Under the pieces are notes generated by a model. The model searched no databases, was not told the DNA's origin, and worked only from the letters and a program-made list of their open reading frames with translations. Below are positions 27,216 to 39,858 of a stretch of 64,000 nucleotides of DNA, piece by piece. Each line of letters opens with the position of its first letter. Within the stretch, counting starts at the first letter, position 1. A program made the position numbers and the translations under genes. Source of the DNA: Octopus bimaculoides (taxonomy: Eukaryota); assembly GCF_001194135.2 (NCBI RefSeq), contig NC_068989.1, forward strand, positions 94,914,541-94,978,540, written 5' to 3'.

Positions 27216-28140
27216 TATTATGGTGACTTCATAGTGTTTCTAAAACAAATACAAAGACTGGGATCTGTGGGAGAGGAACAGACGGTTGCCTGTAAATCAG
27301 TTCTGGACTGGTATTGTATTTTTCTTCATCCCCAGAGAGATGAAACGCAAAAGTGATATTGGAAAGATGCGAATCCAGAACGTAAAGTGTAGAAAGAATT
27401 ACTACGATTCAGTCCAACTCTTTCACGTTTCCTCCCACTTCACCGCCTTTTAGGATAATGACTAATATTCCGATTAAACCAAATAGAATTAAATGACTAG
27501 TGTGTTAACAGTCGTTCATTACGTTGCTATTATAGAACATATCTGCAGGATTTTAGCCAACAGCGAGCTTTACGCCCATTATAAACAATTCGCCCTAATA
27601 AAACAATGTTGCTACAAAACGAAACAGTTAACAGACCAATAATTTAATACCCGATCCCACTGCCAAGTAAGCGTTAAATTTATGCAAATTGTTCAATCCA
27701 GTTTGCTTTAACCTGAAATTTTATTGGATTTATAAGCAACGTTTCTGTAGTTAGTCAAAGATGGCCGTCAGCGGCTGATGAAGATTCAAACGAAAAAAGA
27801 GAGAGAGGCTTGAATTGTATGAATAGCTGCGCCATCTTTTATGCACAGATATATATTGTGCACATGAATTATTTACAATTGTCGTAAAGAGGAAAAAACT
27901 ATCGATGTGTGTTTTAGTACATTATAGTGAAGAATGCTATTTTTTCAAGAATATCAATTTCTAAGTGATAAATATTGTACGTCGATGCTGAAATCAGAAG
28001 AGAGATTTCTGTATTAGATTACATAACAATACCATATTTTTCTGGAGTTATGAATGGCGCTTCGGTTCTAGTATGAACACAGTGCCTGGTTTAAAAAACA
28101 TTACAATATTCATTTTTGCAGCCAATTTTGTTTTTCTTTG

Positions 28141-28290
28141 AAGTACCTAGGATGAAGTGATGAAGACTGACCTGAACATGCTGAACCTCGCTAAAGAGAT
28201 GATTCAAGGTTGCGTCGATTGGTAACATAACGTTCTGGAGAAGACCCGGACATCGGTGCAAGCATGGCACAGAGACCTTTAAGACAGGAC
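28141..28290 (+). mobile_element. RTE-clade LINE, 3' ORF fragment
   Basis: Translates as DEVMKTDLNMLNLAKEMIQGCVDW*HNVLEKTR, resembling the RTE C-terminus (WxEVVKxDLxxLxL..EM..DRxxWR..V). Confidence 0.6.
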
Positions 28291-29561
28291 TACTGACAGT
28301 AGATGGGATGCACACTCACCCCAATCTACGACACTTTTCTACCTTTCCTTTACTGGTCCTCTTCAATGATCTTTTCATACTCTCATGTCTCCATCACACA
28401 CAATCATAGCACTATCATCCATTTCATATTCTACTATTCACTTGTGTAAAGTAGGATAACACAGGATCGACCTACCCTTATTCAACCGTCCCCATTATGC
28501 TGGGCTGCTTCTTCTTTATCATTCTTTCGCGATCCATAAACCACTAACCTACCCAGCCAGAAGAATATTTCCTATAGCCTACACTGTGTATTGCAACGAC
28601 GGAAAGCATTTCCTCGCTACAATGTGCGTGCAGCTATAAAACCAAAGAATAACTGTATGTACATTTTGCCTCTTTTGAGTCGTTGTGTTGTGACGAAGAG
28701 GATTCCAAATATACAAACAGCTGTTCTCCTATTTTATGACCGGACACATTGCACAGAGGAATAGCTTACACTCATCGTAATACACAAAGATTTATAATAT
28801 ATATATTCTACAGAACATTACAGTTACGAAACATAATACTTGTTATCACACACGTAATTTAATAGTTATAAGAAATCCAAGTTTTGTATTACAACACTAT
28901 TCTTGTAGCAATGTAAGATGAATCGATGAATCAGCGTTTTTCATTTCTTTTATTTTCAAGTATGGGAATGAAACAGAGATAATTGATACACAATGTTATA
29001 ATATACTGTAAATAAAGAAACATATTACTACGTTCGATTAATATGCATGGCACGTCAATAAGTTCGTTCATTTCTATGTGTGTAATTATATGTCACAATA
29101 CAGATCCCAAAGAATTGGGACTGCTTTTAGTTTAGCTTTTATTTTTCCCAGTACATAGCTTTCCGTTCAAACGAAATTTGTATAGAATTCTTTATTTTTG
29201 TATATTCTTCAGAGAGAATTATCATACACTGTGAAGAGATCCATAATAGATCGATGAATATATTTCGAAAGGCACAAAACATATGTAAATAGAATACAGA
29301 GTAGATCTAATTAAATGAATAAATAAATAAATATAGAAAAGCCTTAGACTCCGATTAGAAATAGTTAAAAAGAAATTGTTCCATGCATCTTATCTGTTTC
29401 TTATGTTTTCCCCAAAGAATTCTTTCATTATCACATTCCTTTCTGCTCAAATATCTTTCTCCCATAGTGTATGTGTGTGTCTTTCTCCCTAAAGTGTAAT
29501 ATAATAATATAAGATATATATACATATATATATATATACATGTGTGTAGGTGTATATACAG

Positions 29562-29600
<39 letters not shown>

Positions 29601-29669
29601 NNNNNNNNNNNNNNNNNNNNNNNNNNNNNNNNNNNNNNNNNNNNNNNNNNNNNNNNNNNNNNNNNNNNN

Positions 29670-29701
<32 letters not shown>

Positions 29702-29807
29702 ACACATACATATACACACACATAAATATACATCTTATATTATAATATTATATATGTATGTATATTATATATATATATATATAAATACACACACACATTC
29801 CAATATA

Positions 29808-29856
<49 letters not shown>

Positions 29857-29887
29857 ATATGTATGCATGTATGTATGTATGAATGTA

Positions 29888-30110
29888 TGTATATCTGTGT
29901 TAACGACGGGTCCGCGTCATCGAGAATATTTCCAAGCGTTTCCGTGGATGAGGGCTGCTTTCGCTAATCTGCCAGGAAGTCGGTGTAGTGTTCATGAAAA
30001 TTCCTAAGTTCTAGGGTTTTGGTCTTCCCCTTAATCCATGCTTGGTCTTAGTCTCAGCCTTCCAAGCTTCTATTCATGACACAAAAGTACAGAGATGTTG
30101 CGAAGTTGCC
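29888..30110 (-). mobile_element. Probable RTE-clade LINE, 3' fragment, highly decayed
   Basis: Minus-strand YFCVMNRSLE...QAWIKGK resembles the RTE pattern YFGHVMR..LE...G..EGKR. Confidence 0.4.
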
Positions 30111-30319
30111 TATTTAACTGCAAAGAGATTCCGGTGGTGCAATAGATTATAATGTCTCTTGTTTCTTCCTTTCGTGTGGAGTGGTTTTAATCTTTCGTCG
30201 GAATTTGAACTCAAAATGAAAAGAATTATTGTACATACCATAAAACACCCATCGTGGCCGACATTCAAAAATTTCTGCTTGTCCACCATCTTGGATTGAG
30301 GATTGTTATTTATCGACAT

Positions 30320-30530
30320 CAAAGCGATGAGATGACAGAATCGGTAGCACACCTGACAAAATATTAAGCAGTAATTCGTCTCTTTCTTCGTTCTGGGTTC
30401 AAATTCCGTCGAAGGCGAGCGACTTTGCCTTTCGTCATTTAGAGGTTTATAAAATAAGTACCTGAGCACTGAGTCGATGTAATCGACAAACCCCCTCCCC
30501 ACATAAATCAGGCCTTGTTTCTATAATAGA
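30320..30530 (+). mobile_element. SINE family B
   Basis: CAGAATCGGTAGCAC (A-box-like), GGGTTCAAATTCC (B-box-like), GACTTTGCCTTTC, AGTACC, GTCGATGTAATCGAC. Confidence 0.85.
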
Positions 30531-31171
30531 AAAGTTTATTTGGTGTGATTTGAACTTAGAATGCAGAGACTAACATCATTCTTTACGATGCTCTAATGAC
30601 TTGATTCATTCGTTGTCTACACGCGTTTTGCATGAATATATATTGTAGCTTTGTGTGTATATGTGTGTTTCTGACATTAGCTGCGTGCGTAACCATAGTG
30701 ATATACATATCTACTACCACCTGTATTTTGTTCTCCGTCATTTAAAAGAAATAATTTAAACATAACCTATGATCGATATGCACCTGCGCAGGTAAATAAT
30801 TATTCATCTTCTGAATTTATCAGACGGCTTGGTGGTACGGCAACTGCATAACTCTACCAAAATAAAATAACGTATTGCATCGAACATATTTTCTTATGTC
30901 ATCTCTTTTCCTTCTAATCTGAAGTAGAATTTATATAGAATTCGCGTCTAAGTTGGGGAAAAAAATGCAATACAAACTATATGTAGTGACTTACACACAC
31001 ACACATACACACACACACACACACATTTGCATGTCTATAAGTAACAATGTACAATGCGTTCGAATCTGATATGTGAAGTTACAACTTTTTCTGGCTTCCA
31101 TATACATCTTCTATATTAAATACATGTGTGTGTAAGCATGTACATACATGTGTGTTTGCATATATATATAC

Positions 31172-31236
<65 letters not shown>

Positions 31237-31721
31237 GACATTTCTTAGCACATGAGGGTGTTTTATGATGGAAATATGACTTGAATTGAACTGTTTTGCT
31301 AATTCCTGTGTAATTTGCATTCGATTGTCCTCAGCTACTGTTTTCAGCAGCTTAATATTGATAGAATTTTATAGTTCCGGATCGAGAGAAATATGCGTGA
31401 GAAAAATTTCCCAAGTGGAAATAGCCAAACGATCGTTGGCATGTTTGGACAATTACAACTTCATTTTCTCAAGCAGAATGAATATTTCTTGTTTTCATTG
31501 CTGAAGAGACTCTTTTGAATTCATGCAGCAGGGTCTGATGAAAACTCATTTGAAAATGCCAAAATCTGATCGAATTTTTTTTACTAACGTATAAAGTTAA
31601 CTTTGAAGAATAAAGAACTTTTAAATGTTCGAATAAATTAATGTCTCTTCATCGCAAGAATTGGAAAAACACCCTCAAAGTTACCACATCAAAAATGCGA
31701 CAGGGCTTTTCTTCTATCTTA

Positions 31722-31756
<35 letters not shown>

Positions 31757-33119
31757 TGTGTGTGTGCCCGCGCATGCGTGTGTGTGGTACTTGAAATACT
31801 CATTTACAAAGGAAAACATTAAGCTTTCGCTGAAACGGACAAGCGTCTGTCAGTTTTAATTTTTAGCTAAATAGAGGGCACGACCCATGACCCTTGTTAG
31901 GGTCTCCGAAACTTGTCTGAGGGAGGGACCGTGAGAGTTAACCTAGAACCAGGGACATGGATCGAATACCTACAACAGAATGGACTCTGCTAAAGACTGT
32001 CTTGAGAAATGTGTGAGTATGAACTGTCGGTCCGATGGCCGTCCACACAGCATCTACAAAATCTTATTAACAAGACTTTGGTCGAAATCAAAGTTATTGT
32101 AGAATACATCTTTTCCTAAGGTGTCGCGTACTTAGGGGCCGGTCTAGTTGTGACTAAGAAGATAGCTGTCTAAGGTATCATCCTGTAGGATCAAACCAGT
32201 AACCGCTTGGTTGCGAAGCGAAGTTAGCAACACAGCCTTTTCAAGATGAATTTCAACGACTACATTTCGTAGTGGTTGTGTTGTTCTAAAAAAGTCTCAC
32301 ATATCAACACTTCAAACCCCATTACATGAAAATAAGGAGCCTTTCCTAACTCTCATCTGATCCTTTCTTCAAAATGTGCCTTTCACGTACTCCTAAGCAA
32401 CAGTATGTTTTGGCTGACATTTAGTGAAGCGAACTCTAACTCTAGATATATTCCCACTTCAACAGCAACACACAGCAACTAAATATTTTCATAATATTCT
32501 ACGACATTCTATTATAAAATCTCTCTATTTATATTTTTATCTCCAAGCGTCTTTTACCATGAAATTCGTATTTTACGACAGATATACTGTACATTAAATA
32601 ATATAATACAACCGATAATCATGAATTTTGCCTGACAGTATAAAGCAGTTACATCAGATATATTGAAGAACTAGGTACACTGGTCACGCACACTGAATTT
32701 TTCCTGTTTGTTTCTACCAACGACAACTACACACGGAACTATCACAGAATTCCCTGTTGCTTTTAATATATACTCTCTACGTATTTCTGTCTCTTTTATC
32801 TATAGATTCAATACTGTAGTAATTTCCAGATATTTTTAACCTTAGAACGCATTACACTGCGCCGAACATTTTTCACCATTGTACTCTTGTGTCATCTTCT
32901 ATGTGAAACATGTTTCTCTTATCTTTTGAAAGCATTTCACACACACACACATACACACACACACACATCCCTTTAGCATTTCAGTAAATTATTTCATTTC
33001 CTTTTGCGATAAAAAAAATGTTCCAGTTTTAAAACTTTATTAATAGTTTCATAAATTTTTTCGTACAACTAAAATATTTGACTATACCTAAGACTCTTTT
33101 TATCCTTACACCATAAAAA

Positions 33120-33315
33120 GGTGGTGAACTGACAAAATGGTTGGAGTGTCGGACAAAATGCTTGCGGCTCTTTACGTTCTGAAGTGCTGCCAACGTTGAC
33201 TTTGCCTTTCATTCTCTCAGCATCAATAAATTAAATACCAGTTGACCAATGGGGTTGATGTAATCAACTTCACTCCTCTCAAAATTAATGGCCTTGGGTA
33301 AAAATTAGAAATTAT
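33120..33315 (+). mobile_element. SINE family B
   Basis: GGTGGTGAACTGACAAAATGGTT...GTTGACTTTGCCTTTCAT...GGGGTTGATGTAATCAAC. Confidence 0.75.
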
Positions 33316-34284
33316 TCTTATGTCGTATAAATATCTAACGAACACCAGCATGCAGTGAATTGGCAAAATCGATAGACCAGTGGCTAAAAAAACGCTTCGC
33401 AATATTTATTCTCTGTGTTTCGGGGTCGTTCTTCTGAGTTTTGTTTTAAAAAAAGAAATGAACCAGTACAGGACGTGGAGTTGTAAGAGTGTCTGGCATA
33501 ATTCCGTATTTGTTTCGATTCTATGCATTTTCGGTTCAAATCCCGTTCTGTCACCGAAGGGTGACACTTCTGTCAAGTGTTACGACACACCTTTATAAGC
33601 CCGAGGCTTGGTATAAGACACTTGCCCAATATGCCACTCAGTTGAACTGAATCTGGAACCATGTGATCGGGAAGCAGATATTTTACCACACAGGCACTTA
33701 TTTATTTGGAAGTTACAGAATAAATTCATTTAGATGAAATATTTAGGCAAGAAAATGTTAATTTTGCTCGCAAATAAATACCATGAAGTATCATAGATAC
33801 GGCAGTAAATGAAAGAAAATACGTATAAACAATATTTGCAAATTATTTACAATGTAACGTTAAGTTAATTTCAATAGTTATTGTTGTTCCTATGTGTATT
33901 TAAACTTAAATTGTATTTATTAATGAAGAAAATAAATATTGAACCTTTTGAACTGTGTTGGAAAGAAGGATATAAATTGATTTGTTTTCGTGTAGTTATA
34001 TTGTAGTTTCTGCTAGTTTTCGGAATTACTAGAAATAAATTATTTTTTAATCAGTAACCTTACCAATATCTTTTCATATGTTTCAGGGTATAAAATATAT
34101 TTTTATTTACACATAGTCGTTAATCTTCTCCTTGAAAAGATGTGCTTCCACGCAAAATTTCCAGTCACGTGTATGACAAACTTGCGGCCTACAATATGAA
34201 ACGTAAATACGTGTACATTCATATATTAAGTTATATTCTTTCTTTATTGTTTGTTTTAAATAATGATTGAAATAATATCTTATT

Positions 34285-34486
34285 TAGATACAAGGAAAGG
34301 AATTTGGGGTGAAGGATTAATCGATTACATCGGCCCCAGTACTTGATGGATACTTGATGTCATCGACTACCGGAGGGTGAAAGACAATATTGACCACGAC
34401 CAGAGTTGGACTTAGTACAGAATAGGGTCACATACTGCATTGCATTTCCCACCGACGTTCTAACGTTTCTGTAAGCTCTCAGTCTT
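34285..34486 (-). mobile_element. SINE family B, diverged
   Basis: ATCGATTACATCGGCCCCAGTACTTG...CTAACGTTTCTG. Confidence 0.7.
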
Positions 34487-34511
34487 CGAGTCAGCAATAG
34501 TTTCAAGACAA

Positions 34512-34720
34512 AAAGGCGGCGAGCTGACAGAAACGTTAGAACGTCGGGCGAAATGCTTAGTGGTATTTACGTTCTGAGTTCAAATTCCGCCGAAGTTGAC
34601 TTTGCCTTTCATCCTTTCAGGGTCGATGAATTAAATACAAGATGCGTACTGGGGTCGATCTAATCGACTAGCCCTCCTCCACCAAAATTTCGGGCCTTGT
34701 TCCTAGAGTAGAAAAGAATA
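34512..34720 (+). mobile_element. SINE family B, near full length, tRNA-derived head
   Basis: AAGGCGGCGAGCTGACAGAAACGTTAG (A box), GAGTTCAAATTCC (B box), body GACTTTGCCTTTCATCCTTTC..GGTCGAT, tail GGGCCTTGTTCCTAGAGTAGAAAAGAATA. Confidence 0.9.
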
Positions 34721-34744
34721 TTTTCAAGACAAAACTTTAGATGA

Positions 34745-34895
34745 CTGGCCCCAGTACTTAACTGATACTTTATATTCTTGATCCCGGAAGGATGATAAGC
34801 AGCGTTGAAATGAGCGGCATTTGAAAGTAGAACAAAGATTTGGAATAAATACTGCAATATTTTTATCCGTCTCTCTAACAATGCTGGCAACCCTC
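34745..34895 (-). mobile_element. SINE family B, diverged
   Basis: CCCCAGTACTTAACTGATACTTTAT...GGAAGGATGA...GCGGCATTTGAA. Confidence 0.65.
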
Positions 34896-35648
34896 TTCTC
34901 TCGAGGATTGAAACAATAACTAATGTGTTTCGTACCATGTCATATAGAAATAATATTGATTTTTCTAAGCGATTAGAATTTCACCGAATTAAATTCTTGT
35001 GAATAAGTGAATGATTCTTATTTAAAATGGGCTTTCTCTTGTTGTTGTTGTGCTGTTGTTTTACTTTTTCAATTTCAGTTTGTTTCTTCATGATGATACA
35101 TAAGAAAGAAATTATATAAATACATTTTCAACTATTTTATAATGAATTACAGACTAGAATATAGTGTCGTCTTTTTTGTTGGGTTTATTTTTCTGTTTAC
35201 TCAATCTGATTGAAATGTAAGGCTTTTGATAAAAGCAATACCAGAGGAGAAAAATAAATTCAAAATTTAGCGAGAAAGATATTAATCCTGTTTCATATGG
35301 TTAATACAAAGTTTTTCCGTGAGTAAAGAATAAAAATATATTTCAAGCCTTTGGGATTAAACATGTTAGTGTAATAAATTTTATAATATCAACTTTCTTT
35401 ATATTACTTTTACACAGACATTCTATTTGTAAGCCTTTGGAGAGGTGTACATATGTTCTGAAAATAGATAACTATATTTATGAGATTTTTTATGATGTTG
35501 ATAAAAATTACTAAATTGTATGAGTGCTGTGTTTGATTTTATCAAGAACTAAATCATGAACCAAAGTTTTGACACATCAAATTATTTGCATACTACCGGT
35601 ATGTGTGTGTATGTATGTATATATATATATATATATATATATAGCGTG

Positions 35649-35679
<31 letters not shown>

Positions 35680-35683
<4 letters not shown>

Positions 35684-35830
35684 ATTCACCATGCTTGACC
35701 GCTAAACTACAGTTTTTTTCATTCTCTTTATGTTTATTTTCTCTTATTCCTTTCTGTTGAAGAGCGTAGGCTCGAAACGTAAAAGACTATTTTTATTTTC
35801 CCGAGCGTCAAACTAATACACTTGCTTTTT
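35680..35830 (+). mobile_element. Penelope-like (PLE) terminal-repeat remnant
   Basis: Contains CTGTTGAAGAGCGTAGGCTCGAAACGT, the hammerhead-type motif typical of PLE repeats; a homologous copy lies at 56480-56600 (-). Confidence 0.6.
35750..35785 (+). ncRNA. Minimal type I hammerhead ribozyme-like motif, variant core
   Basis: Stem I CUUU/AAAG, core CUGUUGA-A, stem II GAGC-GUAG-GCUC, GAAA, palindromic ACGU stem III, GUA cleavage triplet. A6 of the canonical CUGANGA is U here. Confidence 0.55.
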
Positions 35831-38420
35831 TTTTTTTCCTTAAGCAAGTTGCTTCTTTTCATGTTATTCCAATTTACTCTTGTGAAAATTTGTACAGACC
35901 TACTCACTGTTTCAGCATTTTCTATCTCTAATTTTTACATCTTCGCTGATCAGCTGCGTCAATCTTTAGGGAGCCGAGAGTGTGTCTATGTCTCTTCATG
36001 ACTAAACAGGTGCTAAGGTACTCAAGAATGGTATATTGTAGCAGCTAATTCTAGTGATGCCTACGTCTTTATATAATCTTCTGAATACAGTGAGATAGGA
36101 ACAGACATATCAACCACATTCAATAAGTATAGCACAGAGGTCTGTATTCACTTGGAATACATTAGAATAAATTAAGTCAATATAGATTTCCATCGTATAC
36201 ATAAACTGAGGATATTTCAAATAGAATTTTCTCAAGCCATAAATATTGATGTTAGAATTAAATGTTCGACTACTTTTATAAAGTGCTCTGGTATTTCTTA
36301 AGAGATAATAAATATGCAATTCAATTCGCAATGTTACTGTCTATCTTAAGCAAAATAGGTTGGCAAATTCTATTAATCTAAATTCTATTAATCTAAATGT
36401 TAATTAATTCACTACGTTTTCTTTACCATCTATGAACATTTAGATAATATTATTCGCTCTATATATAATACTTAGTTTCAAATATTCTCTCACAAACCAA
36501 TTCAAATACAGATGCATATTAAATATATGCTTAAGCAGTTTATTCAACAACGAAAATTTCGAGTTAGTTAATAAGTAACAAACATTGAGGTAATGGTAGA
36601 TTTTATTATTTTCTTGTAATTCTTAGTGATATATCCGAACGCTTCATATTATTTCATTAGTTCACTTATAATAGGGAATAGAAATTACAGGTGAATGGTT
36701 TTCTTTCAGTCTACAAGAGTATATATCTAGTGTGTAAGAGAAAAGAAACTGGTTGATGGAGTCTACCTCCACATCGTTCTCTGGAGTTTCATATTGATTA
36801 TGCAAAATATTGATTTTGATTATAATACACTAATTATCCATAGTATTATATAAAATTAGCATCAAATACATCAGATCTAATAGGAGTTCATAGTTTTGTT
36901 TGTATTCAAAAATAAAATATACGAAATAATACACAATCTAGAAATTCGAGTTAAAGAAACAACTGTTAATAATGATTTATCAATGTATCTCTTTGCATGA
37001 ATTTCCTTTCTTTGAATCACTTTCAGAGAGATAGAATCACATGGTTTGCTATCATTTAGTCATTACTCATAATTCAAATAAATTAAGTTTACAAGTACAC
37101 TTCAGTTAATAGAAATGCACACAAATTCTTTTACAATTAACACATATTGAAATTACAAGACGCTTGTTTGTATTCAGATCAATATTGTCAGTGAGTTGAT
37201 ATAAATATTAAAGAGAAATATCGAGTGTTGCTTTATCATGTCATTTGTGTAGCATTATTAATTGAACTTAAATGCTTTTAACTCTAAAACCTTTATCAAC
37301 CGAAACAAAATATTTTGTAAAAATTCACGATTTTAAGTATTTCTGTAATCTACACTTACGAATTAACCTGAATATCATTTCATTGGCAAGTTATTGCATT
37401 TATTCAGTAGTATGTTGCGATGTAGTGTTAGTATAAAATACCACAGAAGATAGAACAAAATAACTACTTTCAAGGTACGCTGCTTAGCTAATATCTTCAG
37501 ATATGTTTAAGTGTATAATAAAATTATATGCTGCTCTGATACCAGTTTTGAATGCAATGCATAGATTTTAAGGAAGAATAACAAGAAAATTATTTCTATA
37601 TAACTAGCTAGAGGCGATCGCCTCTCGGAGCTAATCAACAGCAGCATTCGTCCTATTCCTCTAGACTGCCACGTTAGTTTGGCAATAAATATTAATATTT
37701 CTATTTTTAACTGCTACTAAGCATTACTATTTCATTACTGGGAATAAACTTACTTAACCTATATTGCACGTTGCTGGTAACTCCCTGTTAGTCTATGTGA
37801 AACGAATGTATGTTATGAAAACAGTAAACTAATGCCATTTGCATTGTTCTTTCACTCTAACACATTAACAACAAAACAATAGATTACCGGCACCAAGTGT
37901 TTGCTCAAGACTATTTCTAAAGTGATTTCGCAGTGTTGGGAGTAATGCAAATAATGCTTTATTGACAATACACTCAAAGATTTGTTCAAAGGGTTCATTC
38001 ATGGCTTGAATAGAACCCAATATATTTGTGTCAATTCGTCAAAAGCCTGCGTCATGTTCATGTTTTTAAAAGCCATGCTTCGCGGTTATATCGTTCTCTT
38101 CACAATGATTTTACTCCACATAATATGTCGATGTGTGTAAGTGTGCACATTTCAATTTATATATATGTGAAGAGAATTCTAATTTGACAATCTTATTAGT
38201 TCTTAGTGATGAAAATTCCCATATTGAATTCAGAGTATTTTATAAATGAATATATTAACATTCTTACAGTTAATTCTTCAGGGCCGCCGAGAGCGCACCA
38301 GACGCCGGTGGAATTTAAACTCAGAACGTAAAGACGGACCAAATGCCGCTACGAATTTCATTCAGCGATCTATAGATTCAGCCATCTTGCTGCATTGAAC
38401 ATATCAAATATTTAGAAATA

Positions 38421-38639
38421 TGGATTTCAAATTTTGGTACAAGGCAAGTTCGGGGCAGAGGGTAAGTCGATAGCATGGAGTCCAATACTCAACTGGTTCG
38501 TATCTTATCCCTCTCGAAAGGATGAAAAGCGAAGTCGACCTCGGTGGAATTTGAACTCAGAATGTAGAGGGGAGAACTGTTGCTAAGCAGTTTGCCCGGC
38601 GCAATAACAACGATAACAACTCTGCCAGCTTACCGCCTT
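38421..38639 (-). mobile_element. SINE family B
   Basis: GAAAGGATGAAAAGCGAAGTCGACCTCGGTGGAATTTGAACTCAGAA...TCTGCCAGCTTACCGCCTT. Confidence 0.85.
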
Positions 38640-39719
38640 CGTTACATTGGAAATATACCACCACAAACAGACGCCACTTGAACGTAGACAGTTAATGTCT
38701 CCATTGTAGCAGACAATACTGTGTTTCGTGCAAAAGCAAGGGAGTCTTATTTCGCATAATATCACAGTTATATTCAATATTATGATTACACAACGTGATA
38801 GACCTTATAATTTAATCACTGCAAATTAAACTTATCGGCAAATATTCGATGGTTAATTATTGTTTGCCCAAAATAAATATATTCATTATTATCGAGAAAG
38901 CAATTAAGTTTGCTTTCTAGTGAGATTTAGATTTCGAGTGAGTCAGTTATGTATAAATAAATAAAAATAATTACCCTAACCTTAATAGCTGAAACTCTAT
39001 CGAATTAATAACACAATTTATTGAGGTATTAACTTCCGAGCTCTTATTGTCTGATTCCTTATCACTTACAACGTAGATATTAGTTACGATCTTGGGCGTA
39101 TCAGTTGCGGAAATAAACTTTCTCTCTGTTTCATGAATACATAAATAACTGACATCTAACTTAACTACATTTCTAATTGAAAGTAAACAAAATTTCAGCT
39201 TCTCTCTTTCTCTCTCTCGTTTTCAGGTAAACGACTAACACTTTTGTTACGAAATATTGGAAACATAAGATCCAGCACCTTCCCCGACTAAGGTGTACGT
39301 ATCCTCCATCCGATCTCAAGAACCACGAACTTTACTGTATAAAATTTTATAAAGGCTTGGCATAGTAACGCTATATAAATATATTCCTTGCTTTGATAAC
39401 AAATATGTGGCAAATTTTACCTCTCGTCTTTTTGGGGGGTCAGTAAAATACATAATTACCTCAGAGTTGTAGCATTGCAGAATAATTAGTTGTTCGGGTT
39501 GAAGTGCTTGAGGAAGTTTTTTCGATGCTCAAACAATTCTGCCAATCCACCACCCTGCGGCAGTACTTTATTTTATCGACCACGAAAGATGATAAGGCAA
39601 AATCATTTTGCTACAATTAAACCTTAGGTGCCTGGAACAAACATCACAAAATCTCTTGTTCTACTCGTTAACTATTCTGCTATTTTGCCGTGTATAGTAG
39701 ATCAATATTTCTTCGCTGA

Positions 39720-39858
39720 TAATTCCGCCGAGGTCAACTCTGCTTTTCATCCATTCGGGGTCGATAAATTAAGTACCAGTTGCGTACTGGGGTAGATCTA
39801 ATCGACTGCCCCCCTCCCCAAGAATTTTTGGCCTTCTGCTTAGAGTAGAAGAAAAAAG
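39720..39858 (+). mobile_element. SINE family B, 5'-truncated
   Basis: AATTCCGCCGAGGTCAAC...CATCCATTCGGGGTCGATAAATTAAGTACCAGTTGCGTACTGGGG. Confidence 0.85.

Noticed and set aside
27775-27805. CTGATGA...CGAAA hammerhead-like core
   Set aside because: The intervening bases cannot form stem II.
31535-31560. CTGATGA-AAACTCATTT-GAAA hammerhead-like core
   Set aside because: Stem II is only three A-U pairs and no credible stem I or III forms.
34512-34600. tRNA-like A/B boxes here and in other SINE heads
   Set aside because: There is no cloverleaf, and the boxes continue into SINE bodies, so these are not tRNA genes.
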